Shown: one piece after another, positions 33,401 to 45,581 of the stretch | Layout: each line of letters opens with the position of its first letter | How positions within the stretch are numbered: the first letter of the stretch is position 1 | NCBI RefSeq assembly: GCF_004010195.1 | Contig: NW_025214536.1 | Span: 1-45,581 of the forward strand | Origin: Chiloscyllium plagiosum | Lineage: Eukaryota | Length of the DNA: 45,581 nucleotides | Direction: 5' to 3' | Program-made: the position numbers and the translations under genes | Notes under the pieces: generated by a model | The model's database searches: none | What the model was told of the DNA's origin: nothing | What the model saw: the letters and a program-made list of their open reading frames with translations, nothing else

Positions 33401-36400
33401 TGTGCGCGATGTCAGTGCCGGTCTTTGTGCCATGCTGCGTGTGCGCGATGTCAGTGCCGGTCTTTGTGCCATGCTGCGTGTGCGCGATGTCAGTGCCGGT
33501 CTTTGTGCCATGCTGCGTGTGCGCGATGTCAGTGCCGGTCTTTGTGCCATGCTGCGTGTGCGCGATGTCAGTGCCGGTCTTTGTGCCATGCTGCGTGTGC
33601 GCGATGTCAGTGCCGGTCTTTGTGCCATGCTGCGTGTGCGCGATGTCAGTGCCGGTCTTTGTGCCATGCTGCGTGTGCGCGATGTCAGTGCCGGTCTTTG
33701 TGCCATGCTGCGTGTGCGCGATGTCAGTGCCGGTCTTTGTGCCATGCTGCGTGTGCGCGATGTCAGTGCCGGTCTTTGTGCCATGCTGCGTGTGCGCGAT
33801 GTCAGTGCCGGTCTTTGTGCCATGCTGCGTGTGCGCGATGTCAGTGCCGGTCTTTGTGCCATGCTGCGTGTGCGCGATGTCAGTGCCGGTCTTTGTGCCA
33901 TGCTGCGTGTGCGCGATGTCAGTGCCGGTCTTTGTGCCATGCTGCGTGTGCGCGATGTCAGTGCCGGTCTTTGTGCCATGCTGCGTGTGCGCGATGTCAG
34001 TGCCGGTCTTTGTGCCATGCTGCGTGTGCGCGATGTCAGTGCCGGTCTTTGTGCCATGCTGCGTGTGCGCGATGTCAGTGCCGGTCTTTGTGCCATGCTG
34101 CGTGTGCGCGATGTCAGTGCCGGTCTTTGTGCCATGCTGCGTGTGCGCGATGTCAGTGCCGGTCTTTGTGCCATGCTGCGTGTGCGCGATGTCAGTGCCG
34201 GTCTTTGTGCCATGCTGCGTGTGCGCGATGTCAGTGCCGGTCTTTGTGCCATGCTGCGTGTGCGCGATGTCAGTGCCGGTCTTTGTGCCATGCTGCGTGT
34301 GCGCGATGTCAGTGCCGGTCTTTGTGCCATGCTGCGTGTGCGCGATGTCAGTGCCGGTCTTTGTGCCATGCTGCGTGTGCGCGATGTCAGTGCCGGTCTT
34401 TGTGCCATGCTGCGTGTGCGCGATGTCAGTGCCGGTCTTTGTGCCATGCTGCGTGTGCGCGATGTCAGTGCCGGTCTTTGTGCCATGCTGCGTGTGCGCG
34501 ATGTCAGTGCCGGTCTTTGTGCCATGCTGCGTGTGCGCGATGTCAGTGCCGGTCTTTGTGCCATGCTGCGTGTGCGCGATGTCAGTGCCGGTCTTTGTGC
34601 CATGCTGCGTGTGCGCGATGTCAGTGCCGGTCTTTGTGCCATGCTGCGTGTGCGCGATGTCAGTGCCGGTCTTTGTGCCATGCTGCGTGTGCGCGATGTC
34701 AGTGCCGGTCTTTGTGCCATGCTGCGTGTGCGCGATGTCAGTGCCGGTCTTTGTGCCATGCTGCGTGTGCGCGATGTCAGTGCCGGTCTTTGTGCCATGC
34801 TGCGTGTGCGCGATGTCAGTGCCGGTCTTTGTGCCATGCTGCGTGTGCGCGATGTCAGTGCCGGTCTTTGTGCCATGCTGCGTGTGCGCGATGTCAGTGC
34901 CGGTCTTTGTGCCATGCTGCGTGTGCGCGATGTCAGTGCCGGTCTTTGTGCCATGCTGCGTGTGCGCGATGTCAGTGCCGGTCTTTGTGCCATGCTGCGT
35001 GTGCGCGATGTCAGTGCCGGTCTTTGTGCCATGCTGCGTGTGCGCGATGTCAGTGCCGGTCTTTGTGCCATGCTGCGTGTGCGCGATGTCAGTGCCGGTC
35101 TTTGTGCCATGCTGCGTGTGCGCGATGTCAGTGCCGGTCTTTGTGCCATGCTGCGTGTGCGCGATGTCAGTGCCGGTCTTTGTGCCATGCTGCGTGTGCG
35201 CGATGTCAGTGCCGGTCTTTGTGCCATGCTGCGTGTGCGCGATGTCAGTGCCGGTCTTTGTGCCATGCTGCGTGTGCGCGATGTCAGTGCCGGTCTTTGT
35301 GCCATGCTGCGTGTGCGCGATGTCAGTGCCGGTCTTTGTGCCATGCTGCGTGTGCGCGATGTCAGTGCCGGTCTTTGTGCCATGCTGCGTGTGCGCGATG
35401 TCAGTGCCGGTCTTTGTGCCATGCTGCGTGTGCGCGATGTCAGTGCCGGTCTTTGTGCCATGCTGCGTGTGCGCGATGTCAGTGCCGGTCTTTGTGCCAT
35501 GCTGCGTGTGCGCGATGTCAGTGCCGGTCTTTGTGCCATGCTGCGTGTGCGCGATGTCAGTGCCGGTCTTTGTGCCATGCTGCGTGTGCGCGATGTCAGT
35601 GCCGGTCTTTGTGCCATGCTGCGTGTGCGCGATGTCAGTGCCGGTCTTTGTGCCATGCTGCGTGTGCGCGATGTCAGTGCCGGTCTTTGTGCCATGCTGC
35701 GTGTGCGCGATGTCAGTGCCGGTCTTTGTGCCATGCTGCGTGTGCGCGATGTCAGTGCCGGTCTTTGTGCCATGCTGCGTGTGCGCGATGTCAGTGCCGG
35801 TCTTTGTGCCATGCTGCGTGTGCGCGATGTCAGTGCCGGTCTTTGTGCCATGCTGCGTGTGCGCGATGTCAGTGCCGGTCTTTGTGCCATGCTGCGTGTG
35901 CGCGATGTCAGTGCCGGTCTTTGTGCCATGCTGCGTGTGCGCGATGTCAGTGCCGGTCTTTGTGCCATGCTGCGTGTGCGCGATGTCAGTGCCGGTCTTT
36001 GTGCCATGCTGCGTGTGCGCGATGTCAGTGCCGGTCTTTGTGCCATGCTGCGTGTGCGCGATGTCAGTGCCGGTCTTTGTGCCATGCTGCGTGTGCGCGA
36101 TGTCAGTGCCGGTCTTTGTGCCATGCTGCGTGTGCGCGATGTCAGTGCCGGTCTTTGTGCCATGCTGCGTGTGCGCGATGTCAGTGCCGGTCTTTGTGCC
36201 ATGCTGCGTGTGCGCGATGTCAGTGCCGGTCTTTGTGCCATGCTGCGTGTGCGCGATGTCAGTGCCGGTCTTTGTGCCATGCTGCGTGTGCGCGATGTCA
36301 GTGCCGGTCTTTGTGCCATGCTGCGTGTGCGCGATGTCAGTGCCGGTCTTTGTGCCATGCTGCGTGTGCGCGATGTCAGTGCCGGTCTTTGTGCCATGCT

Positions 36401-39400
36401 GCGTGTGCGCGATGTCAGTGCCGGTCTTTGTGCCATGCTGCGTGTGCGCGATGTCAGTGCCGGTCTTTGTGCCATGCTGCGTGTGCGCGATGTCAGTGCC
36501 GGTCTTTGTGCCATGCTGCGTGTGCGCGATGTCAGTGCCGGTCTTTGTGCCATGCTGCGTGTGCGCGATGTCAGTGCCGGTCTTTGTGCCATGCTGCGTG
36601 TGCGCGATGTCAGTGCCGGTCTTTGTGCCATGCTGCGTGTGCGCGATGTCAGTGCCGGTCTTTGTGCCATGCTGCGTGTGCGCGATGTCAGTGCCGGTCT
36701 TTGTGCCATGCTGCGTGTGCGCGATGTCAGTGCCGGTCTTTGTGCCATGCTGCGTGTGCGCGATGTCAGTGCCGGTCTTTGTGCCATGCTGCGTGTGCGC
36801 GATGTCAGTGCCGGTCTTTGTGCCATGCTGCGTGTGCGCGATGTCAGTGCCGGTCTTTGTGCCATGCTGCGTGTGCGCGATGTCAGTGCCGGTCTTTGTG
36901 CCATGCTGCGTGTGCGCGATGTCAGTGCCGGTCTTTGTGCCATGCTGCGTGTGCGCGATGTCAGTGCCGGTCTTTGTGCCATGCTGCGTGTGCGCGATGT
37001 CAGTGCCGGTCTTTGTGCCATGCTGCGTGTGCGCGATGTCAGTGCCGGTCTTTGTGCCATGCTGCGTGTGCGCGATGTCAGTGCCGGTCTTTGTGCCATG
37101 CTGCGTGTGCGCGATGTCAGTGCCGGTCTTTGTGCCATGCTGCGTGTGCGCGATGTCAGTGCCGGTCTTTGTGCCATGCTGCGTGTGCGCGATGTCAGTG
37201 CCGGTCTTTGTGCCATGCTGCGTGTGCGCGATGTCAGTGCCGGTCTTTGTGCCATGCTGCGTGTGCGCGATGTCAGTGCCGGTCTTTGTGCCATGCTGCG
37301 TGTGCGCGATGTCAGTGCCGGTCTTTGTGCCATGCTGCGTGTGCGCGATGTCAGTGCCGGTCTTTGTGCCATGCTGCGTGTGCGCGATGTCAGTGCCGGT
37401 CTTTGTGCCATGCTGCGTGTGCGCGATGTCAGTGCCGGTCTTTGTGCCATGCTGCGTGTGCGCGATGTCAGTGCCGGTCTTTGTGCCATGCTGCGTGTGC
37501 GCGATGTCAGTGCCGGTCTTTGTGCCATGCTGCGTGTGCGCGATGTCAGTGCCGGTCTTTGTGCCATGCTGCGTGTGCGCGATGTCAGTGCCGGTCTTTG
37601 TGCCATGCTGCGTGTGCGCGATGTCAGTGCCGGTCTTTGTGCCATGCTGCGTGTGCGCGATGTCAGTGCCGGTCTTTGTGCCATGCTGCGTGTGCGCGAT
37701 GTCAGTGCCGGTCTTTGTGCCATGCTGCGTGTGCGCGATGTCAGTGCCGGTCTTTGTGCCATGCTGCGTGTGCGCGATGTCAGTGCCGGTCTTTGTGCCA
37801 TGCTGCGTGTGCGCGATGTCAGTGCCGGTCTTTGTGCCATGCTGCGTGTGCGCGATGTCAGTGCCGGTCTTTGTGCCATGCTGCGTGTGCGCGATGTCAG
37901 TGCCGGTCTTTGTGCCATGCTGCGTGTGCGCGATGTCAGTGCCGGTCTTTGTGCCATGCTGCGTGTGCGCGATGTCAGTGCCGGTCTTTGTGCCATGCTG
38001 CGTGTGCGCGATGTCAGTGCCGGTCTTTGTGCCATGCTGCGTGTGCGCGATGTCAGTGCCGGTCTTTGTGCCATGCTGCGTGTGCGCGATGTCAGTGCCG
38101 GTCTTTGTGCCATGCTGCGTGTGCGCGATGTCAGTGCCGGTCTTTGTGCCATGCTGCGTGTGCGCGATGTCAGTGCCGGTCTTTGTGCCATGCTGCGTGT
38201 GCGCGATGTCAGTGCCGGTCTTTGTGCCATGCTGCGTGTGCGCGATGTCAGTGCCGGTCTTTGTGCCATGCTGCGTGTGCGCGATGTCAGTGCCGGTCTT
38301 TGTGCCATGCTGCGTGTGCGCGATGTCAGTGCCGGTCTTTGTGCCATGCTGCGTGTGCGCGATGTCAGTGCCGGTCTTTGTGCCATGCTGCGTGTGCGCG
38401 ATGTCAGTGCCGGTCTTTGTGCCATGCTGCGTGTGCGCGATGTCAGTGCCGGTCTTTGTGCCATGCTGCGTGTGCGCGATGTCAGTGCCGGTCTTTGTGC
38501 CATGCTGCGTGTGCGCGATGTCAGTGCCGGTCTTTGTGCCATGCTGCGTGTGCGCGATGTCAGTGCCGGTCTTTGTGCCATGCTGCGTGTGCGCGATGTC
38601 AGTGCCGGTCTTTGTGCCATGCTGCGTGTGCGCGATGTCAGTGCCGGTCTTTGTGCCATGCTGCGTGTGCGCGATGTCAGTGCCGGTCTTTGTGCCATGC
38701 TGCGTGTGCGCGATGTCAGTGCCGGTCTTTGTGCCATGCTGCGTGTGCGCGATGTCAGTGCCGGTCTTTGTGCCATGCTGCGTGTGCGCGATGTCAGTGC
38801 CGGTCTTTGTGCCATGCTGCGTGTGCGCGATGTCAGTGCCGGTCTTTGTGCCATGCTGCGTGTGCGCGATGTCAGTGCCGGTCTTTGTGCCATGCTGCGT
38901 GTGCGCGATGTCAGTGCCGGTCTTTGTGCCATGCTGCGTGTGCGCGATGTCAGTGCCGGTCTTTGTGCCATGCTGCGTGTGCGCGATGTCAGTGCCGGTC
39001 TTTGTGCCATGCTGCGTGTGCGCGATGTCAGTGCCGGTCTTTGTGCCATGCTGCGTGTGCGCGATGTCAGTGCCGGTCTTTGTGCCATGCTGCGTGTGCG
39101 CGATGTCAGTGCCGGTCTTTGTGCCATGCTGCGTGTGCGCGATGTCAGTGCCGGTCTTTGTGCCATGCTGCGTGTGCGCGATGTCAGTGCCGGTCTTTGT
39201 GCCATGCTGCGTGTGCGCGATGTCAGTGCCGGTCTTTGTGCCATGCTGCGTGTGCGCGATGTCAGTGCCGGTCTTTGTGCCATGCTGCGTGTGCGCGATG
39301 TCAGTGCCGGTCTTTGTGCCATGCTGCGTGTGCGCGATGTCAGTGCCGGTCTTTGTGCCATGCTGCGTGTGCGCGATGTCAGTGCCGGTCTTTGTGCCAT

Positions 39401-42400
39401 GCTGCGTGTGCGCGATGTCAGTGCCGGTCTTTGTGCCATGCTGCGTGTGCGCGATGTCAGTGCCGGTCTTTGTGCCATGCTGCGTGTGCGCGATGTCAGT
39501 GCCGGTCTTTGTGCCATGCTGCGTGTGCGCGATGTCAGTGCCGGTCTTTGTGCCATGCTGCGTGTGCGCGATGTCAGTGCCGGTCTTTGTGCCATGCTGC
39601 GTGTGCGCGATGTCAGTGCCGGTCTTTGTGCCATGCTGCGTGTGCGCGATGTCAGTGCCGGTCTTTGTGCCATGCTGCGTGTGCGCGATGTCAGTGCCGG
39701 TCTTTGTGCCATGCTGCGTGTGCGCGATGTCAGTGCCGGTCTTTGTGCCATGCTGCGTGTGCGCGATGTCAGTGCCGGTCTTTGTGCCATGCTGCGTGTG
39801 CGCGATGTCAGTGCCGGTCTTTGTGCCATGCTGCGTGTGCGCGATGTCAGTGCCGGTCTTTGTGCCATGCTGCGTGTGCGCGATGTCAGTGCCGGTCTTT
39901 GTGCCATGCTGCGTGTGCGCGATGTCAGTGCCGGTCTTTGTGCCATGCTGCGTGTGCGCGATGTCAGTGCCGGTCTTTGTGCCATGCTGCGTGTGCGCGA
40001 TGTCAGTGCCGGTCTTTGTGCCATGCTGCGTGTGCGCGATGTCAGTGCCGGTCTTTGTGCCATGCTGCGTGTGCGCGATGTCAGTGCCGGTCTTTGTGCC
40101 ATGCTGCGTGTGCGCGATGTCAGTGCCGGTCTTTGTGCCATGCTGCGTGTGCGCGATGTCAGTGCCGGTCTTTGTGCCATGCTGCGTGTGCGCGATGTCA
40201 GTGCCGGTCTTTGTGCCATGCTGCGTGTGCGCGATGTCAGTGCCGGTCTTTGTGCCATGCTGCGTGTGCGCGATGTCAGTGCCGGTCTTTGTGCCATGCT
40301 GCGTGTGCGCGATGTCAGTGCCGGTCTTTGTGCCATGCTGCGTGTGCGCGATGTCAGTGCCGGTCTTTGTGCCATGCTGCGTGTGCGCGATGTCAGTGCC
40401 GGTCTTTGTGCCATGCTGCGTGTGCGCGATGTCAGTGCCGGTCTTTGTGCCATGCTGCGTGTGCGCGATGTCAGTGCCGGTCTTTGTGCCATGCTGCGTG
40501 TGCGCGATGTCAGTGCCGGTCTTTGTGCCATGCTGCGTGTGCGCGATGTCAGTGCCGGTCTTTGTGCCATGCTGCGTGTGCGCGATGTCAGTGCCGGTCT
40601 TTGTGCCATGCTGCGTGTGCGCGATGTCAGTGCCGGTCTTTGTGCCATGCTGCGTGTGCGCGATGTCAGTGCCGGTCTTTGTGCCATGCTGCGTGTGCGC
40701 GATGTCAGTGCCGGTCTTTGTGCCATGCTGCGTGTGCGCGATGTCAGTGCCGGTCTTTGTGCCATGCTGCGTGTGCGCGATGTCAGTGCCGGTCTTTGTG
40801 CCATGCTGCGTGTGCGCGATGTCAGTGCCGGTCTTTGTGCCATGCTGCGTGTGCGCGATGTCAGTGCCGGTCTTTGTGCCATGCTGCGTGTGCGCGATGT
40901 CAGTGCCGGTCTTTGTGCCATGCTGCGTGTGCGCGATGTCAGTGCCGGTCTTTGTGCCATGCTGCGTGTGCGCGATGTCAGTGCCGGTCTTTGTGCCATG
41001 CTGCGTGTGCGCGATGTCAGTGCCGGTCTTTGTGCCATGCTGCGTGTGCGCGATGTCAGTGCCGGTCTTTGTGCCATGCTGCGTGTGCGCGATGTCAGTG
41101 CCGGTCTTTGTGCCATGCTGCGTGTGCGCGATGTCAGTGCCGGTCTTTGTGCCATGCTGCGTGTGCGCGATGTCAGTGCCGGTCTTTGTGCCATGCTGCG
41201 TGTGCGCGATGTCAGTGCCGGTCTTTGTGCCATGCTGCGTGTGCGCGATGTCAGTGCCGGTCTTTGTGCCATGCTGCGTGTGCGCGATGTCAGTGCCGGT
41301 CTTTGTGCCATGCTGCGTGTGCGCGATGTCAGTGCCGGTCTTTGTGCCATGCTGCGTGTGCGCGATGTCAGTGCCGGTCTTTGTGCCATGCTGCGTGTGC
41401 GCGATGTCAGTGCCGGTCTTTGTGCCATGCTGCGTGTGCGCGATGTCAGTGCCGGTCTTTGTGCCATGCTGCGTGTGCGCGATGTCAGTGCCGGTCTTTG
41501 TGCCATGCTGCGTGTGCGCGATGTCAGTGCCGGTCTTTGTGCCATGCTGCGTGTGCGCGATGTCAGTGCCGGTCTTTGTGCCATGCTGCGTGTGCGCGAT
41601 GTCAGTGCCGGTCTTTGTGCCATGCTGCGTGTGCGCGATGTCAGTGCCGGTCTTTGTGCCATGCTGCGTGTGCGCGATGTCAGTGCCGGTCTTTGTGCCA
41701 TGCTGCGTGTGCGCGATGTCAGTGCCGGTCTTTGTGCCATGCTGCGTGTGCGCGATGTCAGTGCCGGTCTTTGTGCCATGCTGCGTGTGCGCGATGTCAG
41801 TGCCGGTCTTTGTGCCATGCTGCGTGTGCGCGATGTCAGTGCCGGTCTTTGTGCCATGCTGCGTGTGCGCGATGTCAGTGCCGGTCTTTGTGCCATGCTG
41901 CGTGTGCGCGATGTCAGTGCCGGTCTTTGTGCCATGCTGCGTGTGCGCGATGTCAGTGCCGGTCTTTGTGCCATGCTGCGTGTGCGCGATGTCAGTGCCG
42001 GTCTTTGTGCCATGCTGCGTGTGCGCGATGTCAGTGCCGGTCTTTGTGCCATGCTGCGTGTGCGCGATGTCAGTGCCGGTCTTTGTGCCATGCTGCGTGT
42101 GCGCGATGTCAGTGCCGGTCTTTGTGCCATGCTGCGTGTGCGCGATGTCAGTGCCGGTCTTTGTGCCATGCTGCGTGTGCGCGATGTCAGTGCCGGTCTT
42201 TGTGCCATGCTGCGTGTGCGCGATGTCAGTGCCGGTCTTTGTGCCATGCTGCGTGTGCGCGATGTCAGTGCCGGTCTTTGTGCCATGCTGCGTGTGCGCG
42301 ATGTCAGTGCCGGTCTTTGTGCCATGCTGCGTGTGCGCGATGTCAGTGCCGGTCTTTGTGCCATGCTGCGTGTGCGCGATGTCAGTGCCGGTCTTTGTGC

Positions 42401-45400
42401 CATGCTGCGTGTGCGCGATGTCAGTGCCGGTCTTTGTGCCATGCTGCGTGTGCGCGATGTCAGTGCCGGTCTTTGTGCCATGCTGCGTGTGCGCGATGTC
42501 AGTGCCGGTCTTTGTGCCATGCTGCGTGTGCGCGATGTCAGTGCCGGTCTTTGTGCCATGCTGCGTGTGCGCGATGTCAGTGCCGGTCTTTGTGCCATGC
42601 TGCGTGTGCGCGATGTCAGTGCCGGTCTTTGTGCCATGCTGCGTGTGCGCGATGTCAGTGCCGGTCTTTGTGCCATGCTGCGTGTGCGCGATGTCAGTGC
42701 CGGTCTTTGTGCCATGCTGCGTGTGCGCGATGTCAGTGCCGGTCTTTGTGCCATGCTGCGTGTGCGCGATGTCAGTGCCGGTCTTTGTGCCATGCTGCGT
42801 GTGCGCGATGTCAGTGCCGGTCTTTGTGCCATGCTGCGTGTGCGCGATGTCAGTGCCGGTCTTTGTGCCATGCTGCGTGTGCGCGATGTCAGTGCCGGTC
42901 TTTGTGCCATGCTGCGTGTGCGCGATGTCAGTGCCGGTCTTTGTGCCATGCTGCGTGTGCGCGATGTCAGTGCCGGTCTTTGTGCCATGCTGCGTGTGCG
43001 CGATGTCAGTGCCGGTCTTTGTGCCATGCTGCGTGTGCGCGATGTCAGTGCCGGTCTTTGTGCCATGCTGCGTGTGCGCGATGTCAGTGCCGGTCTTTGT
43101 GCCATGCTGCGTGTGCGCGATGTCAGTGCCGGTCTTTGTGCCATGCTGCGTGTGCGCGATGTCAGTGCCGGTCTTTGTGCCATGCTGCGTGTGCGCGATG
43201 TCAGTGCCGGTCTTTGTGCCATGCTGCGTGTGCGCGATGTCAGTGCCGGTCTTTGTGCCATGCTGCGTGTGCGCGATGTCAGTGCCGGTCTTTGTGCCAT
43301 GCTGCGTGTGCGCGATGTCAGTGCCGGTCTTTGTGCCATGCTGCGTGTGCGCGATGTCAGTGCCGGTCTTTGTGCCATGCTGCGTGTGCGCGATGTCAGT
43401 GCCGGTCTTTGTGCCATGCTGCGTGTGCGCGATGTCAGTGCCGGTCTTTGTGCCATGCTGCGTGTGCGCGATGTCAGTGCCGGTCTTTGTGCCATGCTGC
43501 GTGTGCGCGATGTCAGTGCCGGTCTTTGTGCCATGCTGCGTGTGCGCGATGTCAGTGCCGGTCTTTGTGCCATGCTGCGTGTGCGCGATGTCAGTGCCGG
43601 TCTTTGTGCCATGCTGCGTGTGCGCGATGTCAGTGCCGGTCTTTGTGCCATGCTGCGTGTGCGCGATGTCAGTGCCGGTCTTTGTGCCATGCTGCGTGTG
43701 CGCGATGTCAGTGCCGGTCTTTGTGCCATGCTGCGTGTGCGCGATGTCAGTGCCGGTCTTTGTGCCATGCTGCGTGTGCGCGATGTCAGTGCCGGTCTTT
43801 GTGCCATGCTGCGTGTGCGCGATGTCAGTGCCGGTCTTTGTGCCATGCTGCGTGTGCGCGATGTCAGTGCCGGTCTTTGTGCCATGCTGCGTGTGCGCGA
43901 TGTCAGTGCCGGTCTTTGTGCCATGCTGCGTGTGCGCGATGTCAGTGCCGGTCTTTGTGCCATGCTGCGTGTGCGCGATGTCAGTGCCGGTCTTTGTGCC
44001 ATGCTGCGTGTGCGCGATGTCAGTGCCGGTCTTTGTGCCATGCTGCGTGTGCGCGATGTCAGTGCCGGTCTTTGTGCCATGCTGCGTGTGCGCGATGTCA
44101 GTGCCGGTCTTTGTGCCATGCTGCGTGTGCGCGATGTCAGTGCCGGTCTTTGTGCCATGCTGCGTGTGCGCGATGTCAGTGCCGGTCTTTGTGCCATGCT
44201 GCGTGTGCGCGATGTCAGTGCCGGTCTTTGTGCCATGCTGCGTGTGCGCGATGTCAGTGCCGGTCTTTGTGCCATGCTGCGTGTGCGCGATGTCAGTGCC
44301 GGTCTTTGTGCCATGCTGCGTGTGCGCGATGTCAGTGCCGGTCTTTGTGCCATGCTGCGTGTGCGCGATGTCAGTGCCGGTCTTTGTGCCATGCTGCGTG
44401 TGCGCGATGTCAGTGCCGGTCTTTGTGCCATGCTGCGTGTGCGCGATGTCAGTGCCGGTCTTTGTGCCATGCTGCGTGTGCGCGATGTCAGTGTCAGTCT
44501 TTGTGCCATGCTGCGTGTGCGCGATGTCAGTGCTAATCTTCGTGCCATGCTGCATGTGCGCGATGTCAGTGATGGTCTTCGTGCCATGCTGCATGTGCGC
44601 GATGTCAGTGATGGTCTTCGTGCCATGCTGCGTGTGCGCGATGTCAGTGATGGTCTTTGTGCCATGCTGCGTGTGCACGATGTCAGTGCCGGTCTTTGTG
44701 CCTTGCTGCGTGTACGCGATGTCAGTGATGGTCTTCGTGCCATGCTGCGTGTGCGCGATGTCAGTGCTGGTCTTTGTGCCATGCTGCGTGTGCGCGATGT
44801 CAGTGATGGTCTTTGTGCCATGCTGCGTGTGCGCGATGTCAGTGCCGGTCTTTGTGCCATGCTGCGTGTGCGCGATGTCAGTGCTAATCTTCGTGCCATG
44901 CTGCGTGTGCGCGATGTCAGTGTCAGTCTTCGTGCCATGCTGCGTGTGCACGATGTCAGTGCCGGTCTTTGTGCCTTGCTGCGTGTACGCGATGTCAGTG
45001 ATGGTCTTCGTGCCATGCTGCGTGTGCGCGATGTCAGTGCTGGTCTTTGTGCCATGCTGCGTGTGCGCGATGTCAGTGATGGTCTTTGTGCCATGCTGCG
45101 TGTGCGCGATGTCAGTGCCGGTCTTTGTGCCATGCTGCGTGTGCGCGATGTCAGTGCCGGTCTTTGTGCCATGCTGCGTGTGCGCGATGTCAGTGTCAGT
45201 CTTCGTGCCTTGCTGCGTGTGCGCGATGTCAGTGCTGGTCTTTGTGCCATGCTGCGTGTGCGCGATGTCAGTGCTAGTCTTCGTGCCATGCTGCGTGTGC
45301 GCGATGTCAGTGCTAGTCTTCGTGCCATGCTGCGTGTGCACGATGTCAGTGTCAGTCTTTGTACCATGCTGCGTGTGCGCGATGTCAGTCCTAGTCTTTG

Positions 45401-45581
45401 TGCCATGCTGCGTGTGCGCGATGTCAGTGCTGGTCTTTGTGCCATGCTGCGTGTGCACGATGTCAGTGATGGTCTTTGTGCCATGTTGCATGTGCGCGAT
45501 GTCAGTGCTGGTCTTTGTGCCATGCTGCATGTGCACGATGTCAGTGATGGTCTTTGTGCCATGCTGCGTGTGCACGATGTC
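24453..45581. repeat. 39-bp tandem repeat array (minisatellite/satellite), about 542 units, unit CTTTGTGCCATGCTGCGTGTGCGCGATGTCAGTGCCGGT
   Basis: Period 39 holds without net indel to the window end. 513 apparently identical units span 24453-44459; first variant seen at 44494. Unit is 24/39 GC with 4 CpG. Confidence 0.99.

Noticed and set aside
24455..44536. 6693-aa Cys-rich metallothionein/keratin-associated-like protein (CHAACARCQCRSL)n
   Set aside because: Starts at TTG at the array edge and is broken by TAA/TGA/TAG in variant units. Cys richness follows from TG-rich DNA, and all plus frames of the unit are open.
24254..45562. 7102-aa ORF as a bona fide gene
   Set aside because: Follows from the stop-free unit and ends in decayed CR1 sequence. 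Kept only as the fusion observation.
24453..45581. CRISPR array
   Set aside because: Units are head-to-tail with no unique spacers, there are no cas genes, and the context is a vertebrate repeat landscape.

Overview
Eukaryotic, repeat-dense non-genic DNA. The repeat families (HE1-type V-SINEs, CR1 LINEs, Penelope-like elements) point to a cartilaginous fish, which is an inference. Bases 1-24452 are a mosaic of decayed and nested retroelements: many CR1 fragments, two tRNA-derived SINEs, at least six Penelope-like pieces carrying minimal hammerhead-ribozyme motifs, an L1-type ORF1 remnant and microsatellites. I could not support any host-gene exon. Bases 24453-45581 are a GC/CpG-rich 39-bp tandem array (about 542 units, running off the window). 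Its first 513 units look identical; the last ~29 are degenerate. The array abuts a truncated CR1 and reads in frame into its ORF2. The ~7000-aa ORFs follow from the stop-free 39-bp unit. Best leads: the array with its one-sided junction, and a 436-bp hammerhead-bearing element with terminal repeats and a 13-bp target-site duplication (TSD) at 6607-7042. Boundaries of old elements are approximate.
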